From NCBI RefSeq assembly GCF_018336915.1, contig NZ_CP064923.1:1346701-1370700 (forward strand): a DNA stretch of 24,000 bases, given 5' to 3'. The notes under the pieces are model-generated. The model worked only from the letters and a program-made list of their open reading frames with translations. It was not told the origin of the DNA and did not search any database. The position numbers were made by a program, and so were the translations under genes. Of the stretch, positions 1 to 9,855 are shown piece by piece. How positions within the stretch are numbered: the first letter of the stretch is position 1; each line of letters opens with the position of its first letter. This stretch comes from Acaryochloris marina S15 (GTDB lineage Bacteria; Cyanobacteriota; Cyanobacteriia; Thermosynechococcales; Thermosynechococcaceae).

Positions 1-1165
1 TTAAGGATTGAGTGCTAAAAGCCAAGCCTCCTAACATGGCAGCCATCCCCATAGAACCGTAGAAACTGAGGCGATGGCGGGAGAAATTTTGGCCAATGGA
101 ACCCAGGATTGCGGCACTAATCGCCATGCCAAGCCCACCTGTGGCCAGCAAGAATCCGAACTGTGAGGTCTTAATCCCGGGCAAGACTTCTGCTAAGCGC
201 ACGACTAAAACGGCGAGGGCGGCAAACACGGAGAATAAAATAACCAGCTGAATCAAGGCGGTCCGTACCCGCCGATGCTCGTTGAGATATTGCAGACCTT
301 CTTTGATGTCTGACCAAACATGTTGATCGCCAGTGGAACGATTGGCCGGGGTTTCTCCCGTTCTTAGAAGCAGGAGGAGCAGACCTGCGATTCCATAGCT
401 GCCCCCGACAACCAATTCTCGTCCTGCATCCCAACCTAGATGGGAAAAATATCCCCCGACAATTTCTAGCAGAGGTTCTCCCGCTGCAAACCCGCCAATT
501 AGTGCTAGAAGCATGGTTAGGGTGTACAGAGAGTTCGCACTTAATAGGTGAGGCTTCTCCACAATCAAGGGAATAGCAGACTGTTCAGCCGGGGCAAAGA
601 ACTGGGTGAGGGTAGAAACGAGGAACGTCACTCCAAGTAACACCCAAAATCCCCAAGGAATCTGAAACCAACCGGGTTGCTGACCACAGAGCCATAGCAA
701 AGGCGGGAGGCTGAGCACCAAGGCTCCCCGGAGGCCATTTGTGAGGACCAAAACCCACTTTTTTGACCACCGGTCCACATATACCCCGGCAATAGAGCCA
801 AATAGCACCGCCGGAATGGTGAAGGCAATCATGATCGATGACACCCAGACGCTGACCGATTGGTCAGGAGCCTTAAATTGACTGGTAATCAAGGCAATAA
901 TGAGCACCAAATAAACCTTGTCAGCCATTTGGGAGAAGACTTGGCCTAGCCACATCAACATAAAATTCTGATTTCGCAGAACAGGCCAATATCCCTGTTC
1001 TACCGTCTCCTCAAGGACTGGAGCTACATCCGGCTCTGATGTTTTGGGTATAGGTGCAATATCCGGTTTAGAGGACGAGGAGGGGCTAGAGGGATGAGGT
1101 GTGGGTTTACCCGTCGAACGGGAAGATGAGGTCAAGTTGCGTTTGGGGTCATGTACTTGGGTCAT
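1..1165 (-). CDS. MFS transporter (MFS_3 / enterobactin-exporter-like), partial; the C-terminus runs off the left edge
   Basis: I translated the minus strand from the ATG at 1165-1163 and the frame stays open to position 2. It is absent from the ORF track because it has no stop inside the window. The product starts with a Ser/Pro-rich N-terminus, then WPVLRNQNFMLMWLGQVFSQMADKVYLVLIIALI and repeated hydrophobic helices typical of MFS. The start overlaps the recO stop (ATGA at 1162-1165), which suggests co-transcription. Confidence 0.75.
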   Translation of the reverse strand, partial: MTQVHDPKRNLTSSSRSTGKPTPHPSSPSSSSKPDIAPIPKTSEPDVAPVLEETVEQGYWPVLRNQNFMLMWLGQVFSQMADKVYLVLIIALITSQFKAPDQSVSVWVSSIMIAFTIPAVLFGSIAGVYVDRWSKKWVLVLTNGLRGALVLSLPPLLWLCGQQPGWFQIPWGFWVLLGVTFLVSTLTQFFAPAEQSAIPLIVEKPHLLSANSLYTLTMLLALIGGFAAGEPLLEIVGGYFSHLGWDAGRELVVGGSYGIAGLLLLLLRTGETPANRSTGDQHVWSDIKEGLQYLNEHRRVRTALIQLVILFSVFAALAVLVVRLAEVLPGIKTSQFGFLLATGGLGMAISAAILGSIGQNFSRHRLSFYGSMGMAAMLGGLAFSTQSL

Positions 1166-2043
1166 GAAGGCACGGAGGTGAGGTCGGGCAGGGGAGTAAA
1201 ACAGGTGTCAACTAGGGCAGCCGAACGAATCGGGCGATCAAAATAGGCTTCGGCATAGTGACGGAGAGCAGACTCCACCCCTTGCCAAATGACCAACGGA
1301 TAGGCTGCTATTAACGGAAACGGCAGAGGGGAAGCCGGATGAATCTCGGCAGGGTTGAGATCTTGCAGTAACGAGAGTTCGGGGGCGGATAGTTTGCCCT
1401 GAACCCGATAATCTGCCCCTGGAACATAGGCAGACGCTTGTTCTGCGGCCTGTTGAATCGCAGTACGGGGTCGGGGTAGACCCGTGAGGGTGACAGTACC
1501 GCCTGCACTGGCACTAAACCCCACACGCCAGGTGGGGTTGTTGGGGGGCGGTTCTAAGGGGACGTGGGTGAAGCAACAGGCATGGACTTGAGGGGCAATG
1601 CCTGCCCAGGCCAACAATTGCAAGGTCCCATGAATTAAACAACAGGGTACTTGGGCAGGGGTCGCAGTTTGGAGTTGAGTCAGCTGTTGGCAAAATAAAT
1701 CCCACAGCTCTGTTTGGGGCTGTCCACTCAGGGCTTGATACAGGGTCAGTTCTGCCAGGTATTGACTGGTGGTCAACTTAGCTAAGTTTTGGCTCAGTCC
1801 CGGATAGGATTCTAGGGTTTCGGCCTGGGCAATTTTATCCAGGGACCGGCCCTGGACTAGCATCAGGTCATTCACCACAAATAAGGCACTGCGGCCGCCT
1901 AATTTTGACTTAGGCTTCCGGCATCCAGGCGCAACAGCCCGCACCAGACCATGTTCACGGGTCAAGATAGTCAGCAGGCGATCGGCCTCGCCGAAGGGCA
2001 TGCTTTTGAGATTAATTCCTGTCGCTTTATAGGTTCGACTCAT
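1162..2043 (-). CDS. recO: DNA repair protein RecO
   Basis: 293-aa ORF with an ATG start. The N-terminus MSRTYKATGINLKSMPFGEADRLLTILTREHGLVRAVAPGCRKPKSKLGGRS...LDKIAQAE matches the RecO OB-fold N-terminal signature as I recall it from cyanobacteria. Confidence 0.9.
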   Translation of the reverse strand: MSRTYKATGINLKSMPFGEADRLLTILTREHGLVRAVAPGCRKPKSKLGGRSALFVVNDLMLVQGRSLDKIAQAETLESYPGLSQNLAKLTTSQYLAELTLYQALSGQPQTELWDLFCQQLTQLQTATPAQVPCCLIHGTLQLLAWAGIAPQVHACCFTHVPLEPPPNNPTWRVGFSASAGGTVTLTGLPRPRTAIQQAAEQASAYVPGADYRVQGKLSAPELSLLQDLNPAEIHPASPLPFPLIAAYPLVIWQGVESALRHYAEAYFDRPIRSAALVDTCFTPLPDLTSVPS

Positions 2044-2148
2044 TGCGGTCTACCTGGATTGAGAAAACCTGGTTAGGGGAAGCAGGATAACGCTGGCATC
2101 AACTTGTCCTGATCCAAACATCCTGAGGTGGATATTTCGAGAACGGAT

Positions 2149-2859
2149 CTATCCGGGGCCTGATGGCTCTGGGGACTCAATCTCAGCCGTAGCCATCCGC
2201 ACAAGGTCAACCCCTCGGGATGTTCCCAAACGGTTGGCTCCTGCTGCAATCAGCGCTAGGGATTGCTCTAGAGTGCGAATTCCTCCCGAAGCTTTAATGC
2301 CTACGCGATCACGTGCGACCATTGATAATAATTTTATATCAGCAGGGGTGGCTCCGCCGTGCCATCCAGTACTTGTTTTGAGGAAGGCGACCCCCGCATC
2401 TAGACTGACTTCTGCCGCTAACCGTTTTTCGGCATCCGTAAGGAGGGTGGTTTCCAAAATCGCTTTGACCGTTTGGCCCGTGGTTGCACAAATCTTGGCG
2501 AGTTCTTGGTGGACAGCATTGACATCCCCTGACTTTAACCAGCCGACATTGATCACCACATCTAGCTCGGTTGCCCCTTGGTCGACAGCATCTTGGGCTT
2601 CATAGAGTTTGACTGCAGATGTGGTGGCACCACTGGGAAAACCAATGACCGTGCAAACCTTGGGGGAATATTGATGGAGACGGTTGACGGCGGTTTTGAT
2701 ATGGGTGGGGTAGATACAAACAGCTGGAAATTCAAACCGGATGGCTTGATCGCAGAGCGTTGCGATCGCATCCTCTGATGCCAGGGGATCGAGAAGCGTA
2801 TGATCGATATAACGAGTGATATCAATATCTGCCACCGTTAGGGTCACACTGCACCTCAA
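2149..2859 (-). CDS. deoC: Deoxyribose-phosphate aldolase
   Basis: Motifs [24 protein letters not shown] (Schiff-base Lys region) and IKASGGIRT. The track start at 2859 is TTG. In-frame GTGs at 2847 or 2835 (giving [15 protein letters not shown]) are equally or more plausible, so the 5' end is uncertain by up to 24 nt. Confidence 0.9.
   Translation of the reverse strand: MRCSVTLTVADIDITRYIDHTLLDPLASEDAIATLCDQAIRFEFPAVCIYPTHIKTAVNRLHQYSPKVCTVIGFPSGATTSAVKLYEAQDAVDQGATELDVVINVGWLKSGDVNAVHQELAKICATTGQTVKAILETTLLTDAEKRLAAEVSLDAGVAFLKTSTGWHGGATPADIKLLSMVARDRVGIKASGGIRTLEQSLALIAAGANRLGTSRGVDLVRMATAEIESPEPSGPG
2762..2769. repeat. HIP1 octamer GCGATCGC
   Basis: Exact palindrome read directly from the sequence, inside deoC. 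Confidence 0.95.
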
Positions 2860-2962
2860 ATGCCCATAGTACTTGGGAAAAACTTTTTAGCCTTCCTAAT
2901 CCAATGTATCAAGAATATGGGTTGAGTGGGCTGTAAAAAGCCCATCATTTTAGCGCCCCCAT

Positions 2963-3916
2963 TTAGAGGCGCTTTGGCGTATGACCTTGGGCTTGCAAAA
3001 GTTCTAAAACGCTGTCTTTCCCCACTAAATGCCCAGCTCCGACCACAATCAGATAGTCATCCTCCTTTTGCAAAAGTGGTTCAATGGTGGTCATCCATTT
3101 GCGATTGCGAGCCCCAAAAATTTGGTCTTCTAATTCTGGATAGTCTTTAAAACTTTTCAGCAACAAATTCTTTAAAGTTTGATCATCTCCAGATTTCCAG
3201 GCTGAGACCATCTCCTGAAATGATGTTTCTAGGGTGTCTAATTCATCAATCGTTTGGCGAATATACTGCTCTTGATTCCCTTGAGAAAAACTATCAAATA
3301 GGTTGAATTGATCTTCAATGGTTTCTAAGGCGAGGGTCTCTTTGCCATCCTTGATCGCTTTTTTGAAAAAATACTGATCAACGCCATTTTCAGGATTGAA
3401 CTCTAATCGCTGTAGTTTCAACGTGATCAAGGTCAAAGAAAAGAACCAAGGCTTAAAACCGGAAAAAGCCTCAATTGGTAAGCCAATCTCTGATGCGGTG
3501 GTTTTTGCTAGCTGATAGGTTTCTGGTGTCAGCCGATCTTGGAGGGTTTTGCCATCTTGAGCTGTAGCTTTCTCTAAGACGATGGATTGAGTTTTGCTGG
3601 ATTCGAGTTCCCCCATGTTGACTTCAAATACTAACTTTTCGGCATCCTCATAGGCGTCATTGATCTGCTTCGCTAAGGGATAGTCTGATTCCTTTAATAG
3701 GTGAATCGAACCTAGGAGGTAAACCGTATTCTGGGGGGATTTGACTTGCCAGAGAAACGTTTGCTCGGGTTGGGGCGCTTGAGGCTTAGAGGCGTTTGGG
3801 GTTGGAGAGGGGGTGGGGCTGGTCGGTTTGTCGCCGCAAGCGCTGACTAATGTCAGCAGGGTGATGACCGCAATCCGGGACACATTTTTTCGGATTACGC
3901 CATGAAGTTTATTCAT
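2963..3916 (-). CDS. TraB/GumN family lipoprotein
   Basis: FLWQVKSPQNTVYLLGSIHLLK near the N-terminus and YLIVVGAGHLVG near the C-terminus are TraB/GumN hallmarks. MNKLHGVIRKNVSRIAVITLLTLVSAC is a lipoprotein signal peptide with a lipobox (LVSAC). I prefer the ATG at 3916 over the track's GTG at 3928. Confidence 0.8.
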   Translation of the reverse strand: MNKLHGVIRKNVSRIAVITLLTLVSACGDKPTSPTPSPTPNASKPQAPQPEQTFLWQVKSPQNTVYLLGSIHLLKESDYPLAKQINDAYEDAEKLVFEVNMGELESSKTQSIVLEKATAQDGKTLQDRLTPETYQLAKTTASEIGLPIEAFSGFKPWFFSLTLITLKLQRLEFNPENGVDQYFFKKAIKDGKETLALETIEDQFNLFDSFSQGNQEQYIRQTIDELDTLETSFQEMVSAWKSGDDQTLKNLLLKSFKDYPELEDQIFGARNRKWMTTIEPLLQKEDDYLIVVGAGHLVGKDSVLELLQAQGHTPKRL

Positions 3917-3928
3917 TAGATTCCCCAC

Positions 3929-5672
<1,744 letters not shown>

Positions 5673-5722
5673 GCCGCTTTTCTTTGGTGAGCCTCATTCT
5701 TGAAAGTTTAACTCTCTGAAGC

Positions 5723-5753
5723 ACTCCAGTTCTCAATGAACTGGAGTTTTTTT
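5723..5753 (+). terminator. Rho-independent terminator of petH
   Basis: Perfect 9-bp stem, actccagtt (5723-5731) with aactggagt (5739-5747), and a 7-nt loop. A run of seven T (5747-5753) follows. It lies 50 nt after the petH stop. Confidence 0.75.
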
Positions 5754-5882
5754 CAGGGTTACTAGATAGGGAAAGACCAAGATCGGATTTCTGGGGTTCG
5801 CTTTCTGAAGAAGATTGAGTAAAATCTAATCAGTTCAAGGCTAGCTGTCCTTGAATGCCGTTGCTTAACAAGAGGCTTGTCC

Positions 5883-6230
5883 ATGGTTGCCAATATCTAT
5901 GATCCAGATAAACGCAAACTCCTGTCGTCTTTGAGTCATGGTTCAATTTTTCTGAGTGCCTTGGTATTATCCATCGGTATTCCACTGGTCATTTTGCTCG
6001 TGTCGGATGACCCAGTTGTCAAAGCAAATGCCAGAGAAGCGATTAACTTTCACGTCAATGTTTGGTTCTATGGCATCTTATTCGGCATCCTCTGTTGGGT
6101 TTTACTAGGATGGCCGCTGTTAGGTTTGTTATTTGTTGTGCAGTGGGTGATGCCAGTTTTAGCGATTCGCCATTGTCTACAGGACCCAGATGAACCTTAC
6201 AACTACTCATTCATTTTTCATGTGCTTTAG
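5883..6230 (+). CDS. Small integral membrane protein, DUF4870-like
   Basis: About 115 aa with three hydrophobic helices. LLSSLSHGSIFLSALVL...AREAINFHVNVWFYGILF resembles the DUF4870 pattern. The track start at 5877 is TTG, and the ATG at 5883 is more likely. Confidence 0.6.
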   Translation: MVANIYDPDKRKLLSSLSHGSIFLSALVLSIGIPLVILLVSDDPVVKANAREAINFHVNVWFYGILFGILCWVLLGWPLLGLLFVVQWVMPVLAIRHCLQDPDEPYNYSFIFHVL

Positions 6231-6272
6231 GCCGTGATTTCTCTGGCCGACATAGGCTGATTGCCCTCAATG

Positions 6273-6482
6273 TTAGGTGTCGCGCCGATCAGTCCAATTG
6301 CATGCGGGGCAATGGCAGTTGCCAATTGCCCGTTCTGTGATGTGGATTTTAGTTTTGCACTCTGGACACTGACCGGTGAAAAAAGGATGGGTCATGATCA
6401 GTCGCACTTGTTCCATATAAGACAATTGGGACAACATATAGCTCAAGGACGGAGGCATGATTTGATCAGGATGGTTAGACAC
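6273..6482 (-). CDS. Possible zinc-ribbon mini-protein (hypothetical)
   Basis: The minus-strand ORF contains a classic zinc-ribbon spacing, CPEC-x15-CPAC (QCPECKTKIHITERAIGNCHCPACNW). The start is ambiguous: GTG at 6482, or internal ATGs giving 40-61 aa. An overlapping plus-strand ORF (6261-6491) competes with it. Confidence 0.4.
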   Translation of the reverse strand: MSNHPDQIMPPSLSYMLSQLSYMEQVRLIMTHPFFTGQCPECKTKIHITERAIGNCHCPACNWTDRRDT

Positions 6483-6807
6483 GGTCTTTAGGGGTTGGTT
6501 CTAGAGAAATACAAACCCGCAGGAGAAAACGTTCGCTTCGTAGCGTTAAGGTATCGATTTCTTTTCGCAGAGTATATATATAATCTGTCCGATCTACACC
6601 GAGAACCACCACTGAGAAACTACTGAATTCCTATACATGAGCGGGATTTGTAATGCTTCATAGTTTCCGGGGATATACGGATAGGGGAAGAGAATGAAAA
6701 ATTTAGCTGAATTGCTGCAGCCAAATCCTCTCTTGGCTGATCTGATATAAATTACGCACGATGGCAGGCAGCTAAGATGACAGATATTGAATGCAAAGGC
6801 ATGAGGG

Positions 6808-8391
6808 ATGAAAGACCTAGCGGCTGTCGAACAGGCATTTAAACGGCTTCAAGCTCAGTTATGTGATCGCTGGCAGGAGATTGAAACTGTAGATACGGGG
6901 CATTCCGATATTTTGGTAATTCCCTCGTTTAGTGTGGATCAACAAGAGCTGCAAAAGATTGATGGGTTTTTGCATTACGAGGAGCGGCTCCTGTTTTCGC
7001 TGATCCGGCTTCGTGATCCGAAAACCCGCTTGATTTATGTGACATCCCAACCGCTGCCGCCGATTGTGATTGATTATTATCTCCAGCTTTTACCAGGCAT
7101 TCCGTTTTCCCATGCCCGAGATCGCTTGTTGCTATTGCCCATTTACGATCAGTCTCTTAAGCCCCTCAGCCAGAAGATTCTAGAACGGCCTCGATTGATG
7201 GAGCGAATTCGGCATTCTATGCGACCAGGTTGTTCCTACATGATCTGCTTTAACTCGACGGACTTAGAACGGGAAATTTCGGTCAAACTCAATATTCCTC
7301 TATTGGCTGCTGATCCAACCCTTTTACATTTAGGGACGAAAAGTGGGAGTCGGCAGGTCTTTGCGGAGTGTGGTATTCCTCATCCTGATGGCAGCCTGTT
7401 GGTGTGGGATACGGAAGCACTCATAGAGGCGGCAGTTGCCCTCTGGCAGCGTCAGCCCCAGCTTCAACGGATGGTCGTTAAGCTGAATGAGGGCTTTTCT
7501 GGAGAGGGAAATGCGTTGCTGGATCTGCGGAATGTTGGGGATATTGAGACGTCAGAAAAAAGACGAAACGTGATTTGCGATCGCATCCCCCATCTCACCT
7601 TTGAATCTCCCACGGAAACTTGGTCTCATTTTTGCGATCGCATCCCCAAACTCGGTGCGATTGTTGAAGCTTTTATTGAAGGGGAATATAAGACCTCTCC
7701 CAGTGTCCAGGGCCAAATTACCCCTAATGGCGAAGTAGAAATTCTTTCAACCCATGATCAGATTTTAGGGGGGCCTAATCAACAAATTTATTTAGGGTGC
7801 CGGTTTCCCGCTTCAGAAGAGTATCGCCTCCGACTTCAGCAGTTGGGCCTCAAAGTCGGTGAGAATCTGGCCAAAAAAGGGGTGCTGGAGCGATATGGGG
7901 TTGATTTTGTCGTAGCCAAGCGCATTTTGGCGGATGGGAGTACCCATTGGGATGTCCAAGCCATTGAAATTAACCTGAGAAAAGGGGGCACGACGCATCC
8001 CTTTATGACTCTGAAACTGCTGACCAATGGCCTTTATGACATGCATAGTGGCTTGTTCTTTGGCCAACAAGGGTTACCGAAGTACTATGTGGCCTCGGAT
8101 AATCTTTGTGAATCTTCCTATCAAGGATTATTACCAGACGACTTGATGGATATTATCGCCCGCCACCATCTCCATTTTGATACGGGAAGTGAGATGGGTA
8201 CGGTTTTTCATCTGATGGGCTGTTTGTCCGAGTTTGGCAAAGTCGGTCTGACCAGTATTGCTAATTCACCAGAACAGGCAGACACGATTTATAACCAGGT
8301 GATTGAGATTTTGAACCAAGAGACCCAGCCACCCACTCAGACCCAAGACACTGATCCGACCCTACCGATTGGTTGGAGTATCGGTAGTTGA
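6808..8391 (+). CDS. ATP-grasp carboxylate-amine / peptide ligase, PGM1-like family
   Basis: 527 aa. The N-terminal pre-ATP-grasp pattern is ILVIPSFSVDQQELQKIDGFLHYEERLLFSLIRLRDPKTRLIYVTSQPLPPIVIDYYLQLLPG...ARDRLLLL. ATP-grasp core motifs are VVKLNEGFSGEGN, EAFIEGE and AIEINLRKGGTTHP. The family assignment is from memory of PGM1-related ligases, not from a search. Confidence 0.7.
   Translation: MKDLAAVEQAFKRLQAQLCDRWQEIETVDTGHSDILVIPSFSVDQQELQKIDGFLHYEERLLFSLIRLRDPKTRLIYVTSQPLPPIVIDYYLQLLPGIPFSHARDRLLLLPIYDQSLKPLSQKILERPRLMERIRHSMRPGCSYMICFNSTDLEREISVKLNIPLLAADPTLLHLGTKSGSRQVFAECGIPHPDGSLLVWDTEALIEAAVALWQRQPQLQRMVVKLNEGFSGEGNALLDLRNVGDIETSEKRRNVICDRIPHLTFESPTETWSHFCDRIPKLGAIVEAFIEGEYKTSPSVQGQITPNGEVEILSTHDQILGGPNQQIYLGCRFPASEEYRLRLQQLGLKVGENLAKKGVLERYGVDFVVAKRILADGSTHWDVQAIEINLRKGGTTHPFMTLKLLTNGLYDMHSGLFFGQQGLPKYYVASDNLCESSYQGLLPDDLMDIIARHHLHFDTGSEMGTVFHLMGCLSEFGKVGLTSIANSPEQADTIYNQVIEILNQETQPPTQTQDTDPTLPIGWSIGS
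7577..7584. repeat. HIP1 octamer GCGATCGC
   Basis: Exact palindrome inside the ATP-grasp ligase gene. It is part of the 17-nt duplicated block. Confidence 0.95.
7634..7641. repeat. HIP1 octamer GCGATCGC
   Basis: Exact palindrome; this is the second copy of the 17-nt duplicated block. Confidence 0.95.
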
Positions 8392-8454
8392 TAGGCGTTG
8401 GGGGCTTCCTTGCCCGCAGATTCCTGTCTAACGTTTCAACCTGTGGCTGAACCC

Positions 8455-8874
8455 ATGGGTAACTACGATATTCTCCCTCTCGACCCAAAAACTCAATCCA
8501 TCAGTCTACTGCAGTATGAGGTTAGATTAGAAAAAATGGGCACACTGGGTAGACTGATGGCGAGACATCAAATGCAAATTAGAAAACCTGGCATAGTAGT
8601 CCCAATAGTTTATTTTGGCATCACCATTGGTTTGATTACGCCTGTACAAGCTATACCAACAGCGTCTCAGGGATTTTTCGATACTCAGAATGCTGCAGAA
8701 GAGTTTTTTGACATTGGCCGTGAGCGCTTGCAGCGCGAGATTAAACTCTTGGAACAGAAACGAAGTCAGCGTTCAGAGAAAATTCTCAAAATCGATGAAA
8801 AAACGAAACTCAATGAAAAAGAGCTGGAGAATTGGGATGACTTACATCCTCAACACCAGCTCCGTCAACAGTAG
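8455..8874 (+). CDS. Hypothetical membrane-anchored coiled-coil protein
   Basis: The ORF is open from 8398 (TTG), with candidate ATG starts at 8455 and 8536. It has a hydrophobic segment (IVVPIVYFGITIGLITPVQA) followed by a charged K/E/Q-rich helical tail (RERLQREIKLLEQKRSQRSEKILKIDEKTKLNEKELENW). It begins only a few nt after the ligase stop. I recognise no family. Confidence 0.4.
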   Translation: MGNYDILPLDPKTQSISLLQYEVRLEKMGTLGRLMARHQMQIRKPGIVVPIVYFGITIGLITPVQAIPTASQGFFDTQNAAEEFFDIGRERLQREIKLLEQKRSQRSEKILKIDEKTKLNEKELENWDDLHPQHQLRQQ

Positions 8875-8885
8875 ATGAATTGAAA

Positions 8886-9773
8886 CTAGCCAAGGCGGCG
8901 GTAGAGTAGCTTTTGAATGCTTAGGAGTGCGAGGGCATCAAATCCGAATAGCAGTAATAAAGAACCCGCTAGGCTTACAGATCCCCAAGGTGCTTCCATC
9001 ACAACGCTAGTGAAGCTCCAGTCGTTATGGAGATAAAGGTAACGAATCGGCTCAATGGCGAAGCTGAGGGGATTCAAGCTTGCCACCACCTGTAGCCAAG
9101 TGGGCATAAAGGTTAAGGGGACTAAAGCTGTGCTGGCAAACAGCAGAGGCAAATTCGTGACAAAGATAACGGCAATTAGTTCGATGTGACCCGGTAATGC
9201 AAAGGAAAGTCCCAGGCTAAGGGCTGTCACGCCTAAAACTAGGAGTAAAACAATGAGAGCAACAATGGCTAAACCCACCGTATTGGGTAAACCAGCTCCC
9301 ATAAAGAAGCTCAGAGCCATAATCGCTAGGGTTTGGACCAAACTTAAGGTGGTGATGAAAATCGCTGATGCCATCACGATGGAAAAGCGGGATGCCAGGG
9401 GAGCCACCAGCAGTCGGTTCAAGAACCCAAATTCCCGGTCAAACATGACAGGGAGACCCGCATTTAAAGCGCCACTAAAGGCCGTAAACACAATGACGCC
9501 TGCGCTGAGGAACTGGCCATAGCTTTGGCTCGTTCCGAATAGGCCTTCCGGTACATTTTTAAACAGGGCGCCAAACAGAACCAACCACATCAAAGGCTGA
9601 ATAATGCCAGCAATTAAGGTGGTGGGGCGTCGCTTCAGTTGAATGAACAGACGGCGGGTTAGGGCGACCGTCTCTTGTAAAAATTCGCCAGAAACAATGC
9701 CAGGAGTTGTCAATAAATCGGCTTGAACACCTGAGTCAGCGATTGAGTTGGTGTTAGCGGAGGTGGTGGTCAT
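8886..9773 (-). CDS. ABC-2 type transporter permease
   Basis: 295 aa with about six hydrophobic helices and an ABC-2 (DrrB-like) topology. It lies directly downstream of a DrrA-like ATPase on the same strand. ATG start. Confidence 0.85.
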   Translation of the reverse strand: MTTTSANTNSIADSGVQADLLTTPGIVSGEFLQETVALTRRLFIQLKRRPTTLIAGIIQPLMWLVLFGALFKNVPEGLFGTSQSYGQFLSAGVIVFTAFSGALNAGLPVMFDREFGFLNRLLVAPLASRFSIVMASAIFITTLSLVQTLAIMALSFFMGAGLPNTVGLAIVALIVLLLVLGVTALSLGLSFALPGHIELIAVIFVTNLPLLFASTALVPLTFMPTWLQVVASLNPLSFAIEPIRYLYLHNDWSFTSVVMEAPWGSVSLAGSLLLLFGFDALALLSIQKLLYRRLG

Positions 9774-9855
9774 AACAAAGTTTTAAAAGTTGGTATCTAG
9801 ATTCAGAAAAAGTTGAGGACCTACCGACGGCCAGTTGATCCTGATTGATAGGGAG

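Noticed and set aside
171-828. Track ORFs 171-434(-), 585-770(-) and 628-828(-)
   Set aside because: All lie inside the long minus-strand MFS reading frame (1-1165) but in other frames. Their translations are Arg/Cys/Trp-rich with no membrane-protein character, so they are shadow ORFs.
6261-6491. Plus-strand 76-codon ORF overlapping the zinc-ribbon candidate
   Set aside because: It has a TTG start, an Arg/His-rich C-terminal half, and only a single CxxC pair that does not form a ribbon. The minus-strand frame has the complete CPEC-x15-CPAC architecture. This is not excluded outright; see the zinc-ribbon finding.
8690-8878. Track ORF 8690-8878(+), 62 aa
   Set aside because: It lies in an alternative frame within the 3' half of the 8398-8874 ORF. 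It is Ser/Lys/Asn-rich with no start context, so it is a likely shadow of the K/E-rich coiled-coil coding frame.
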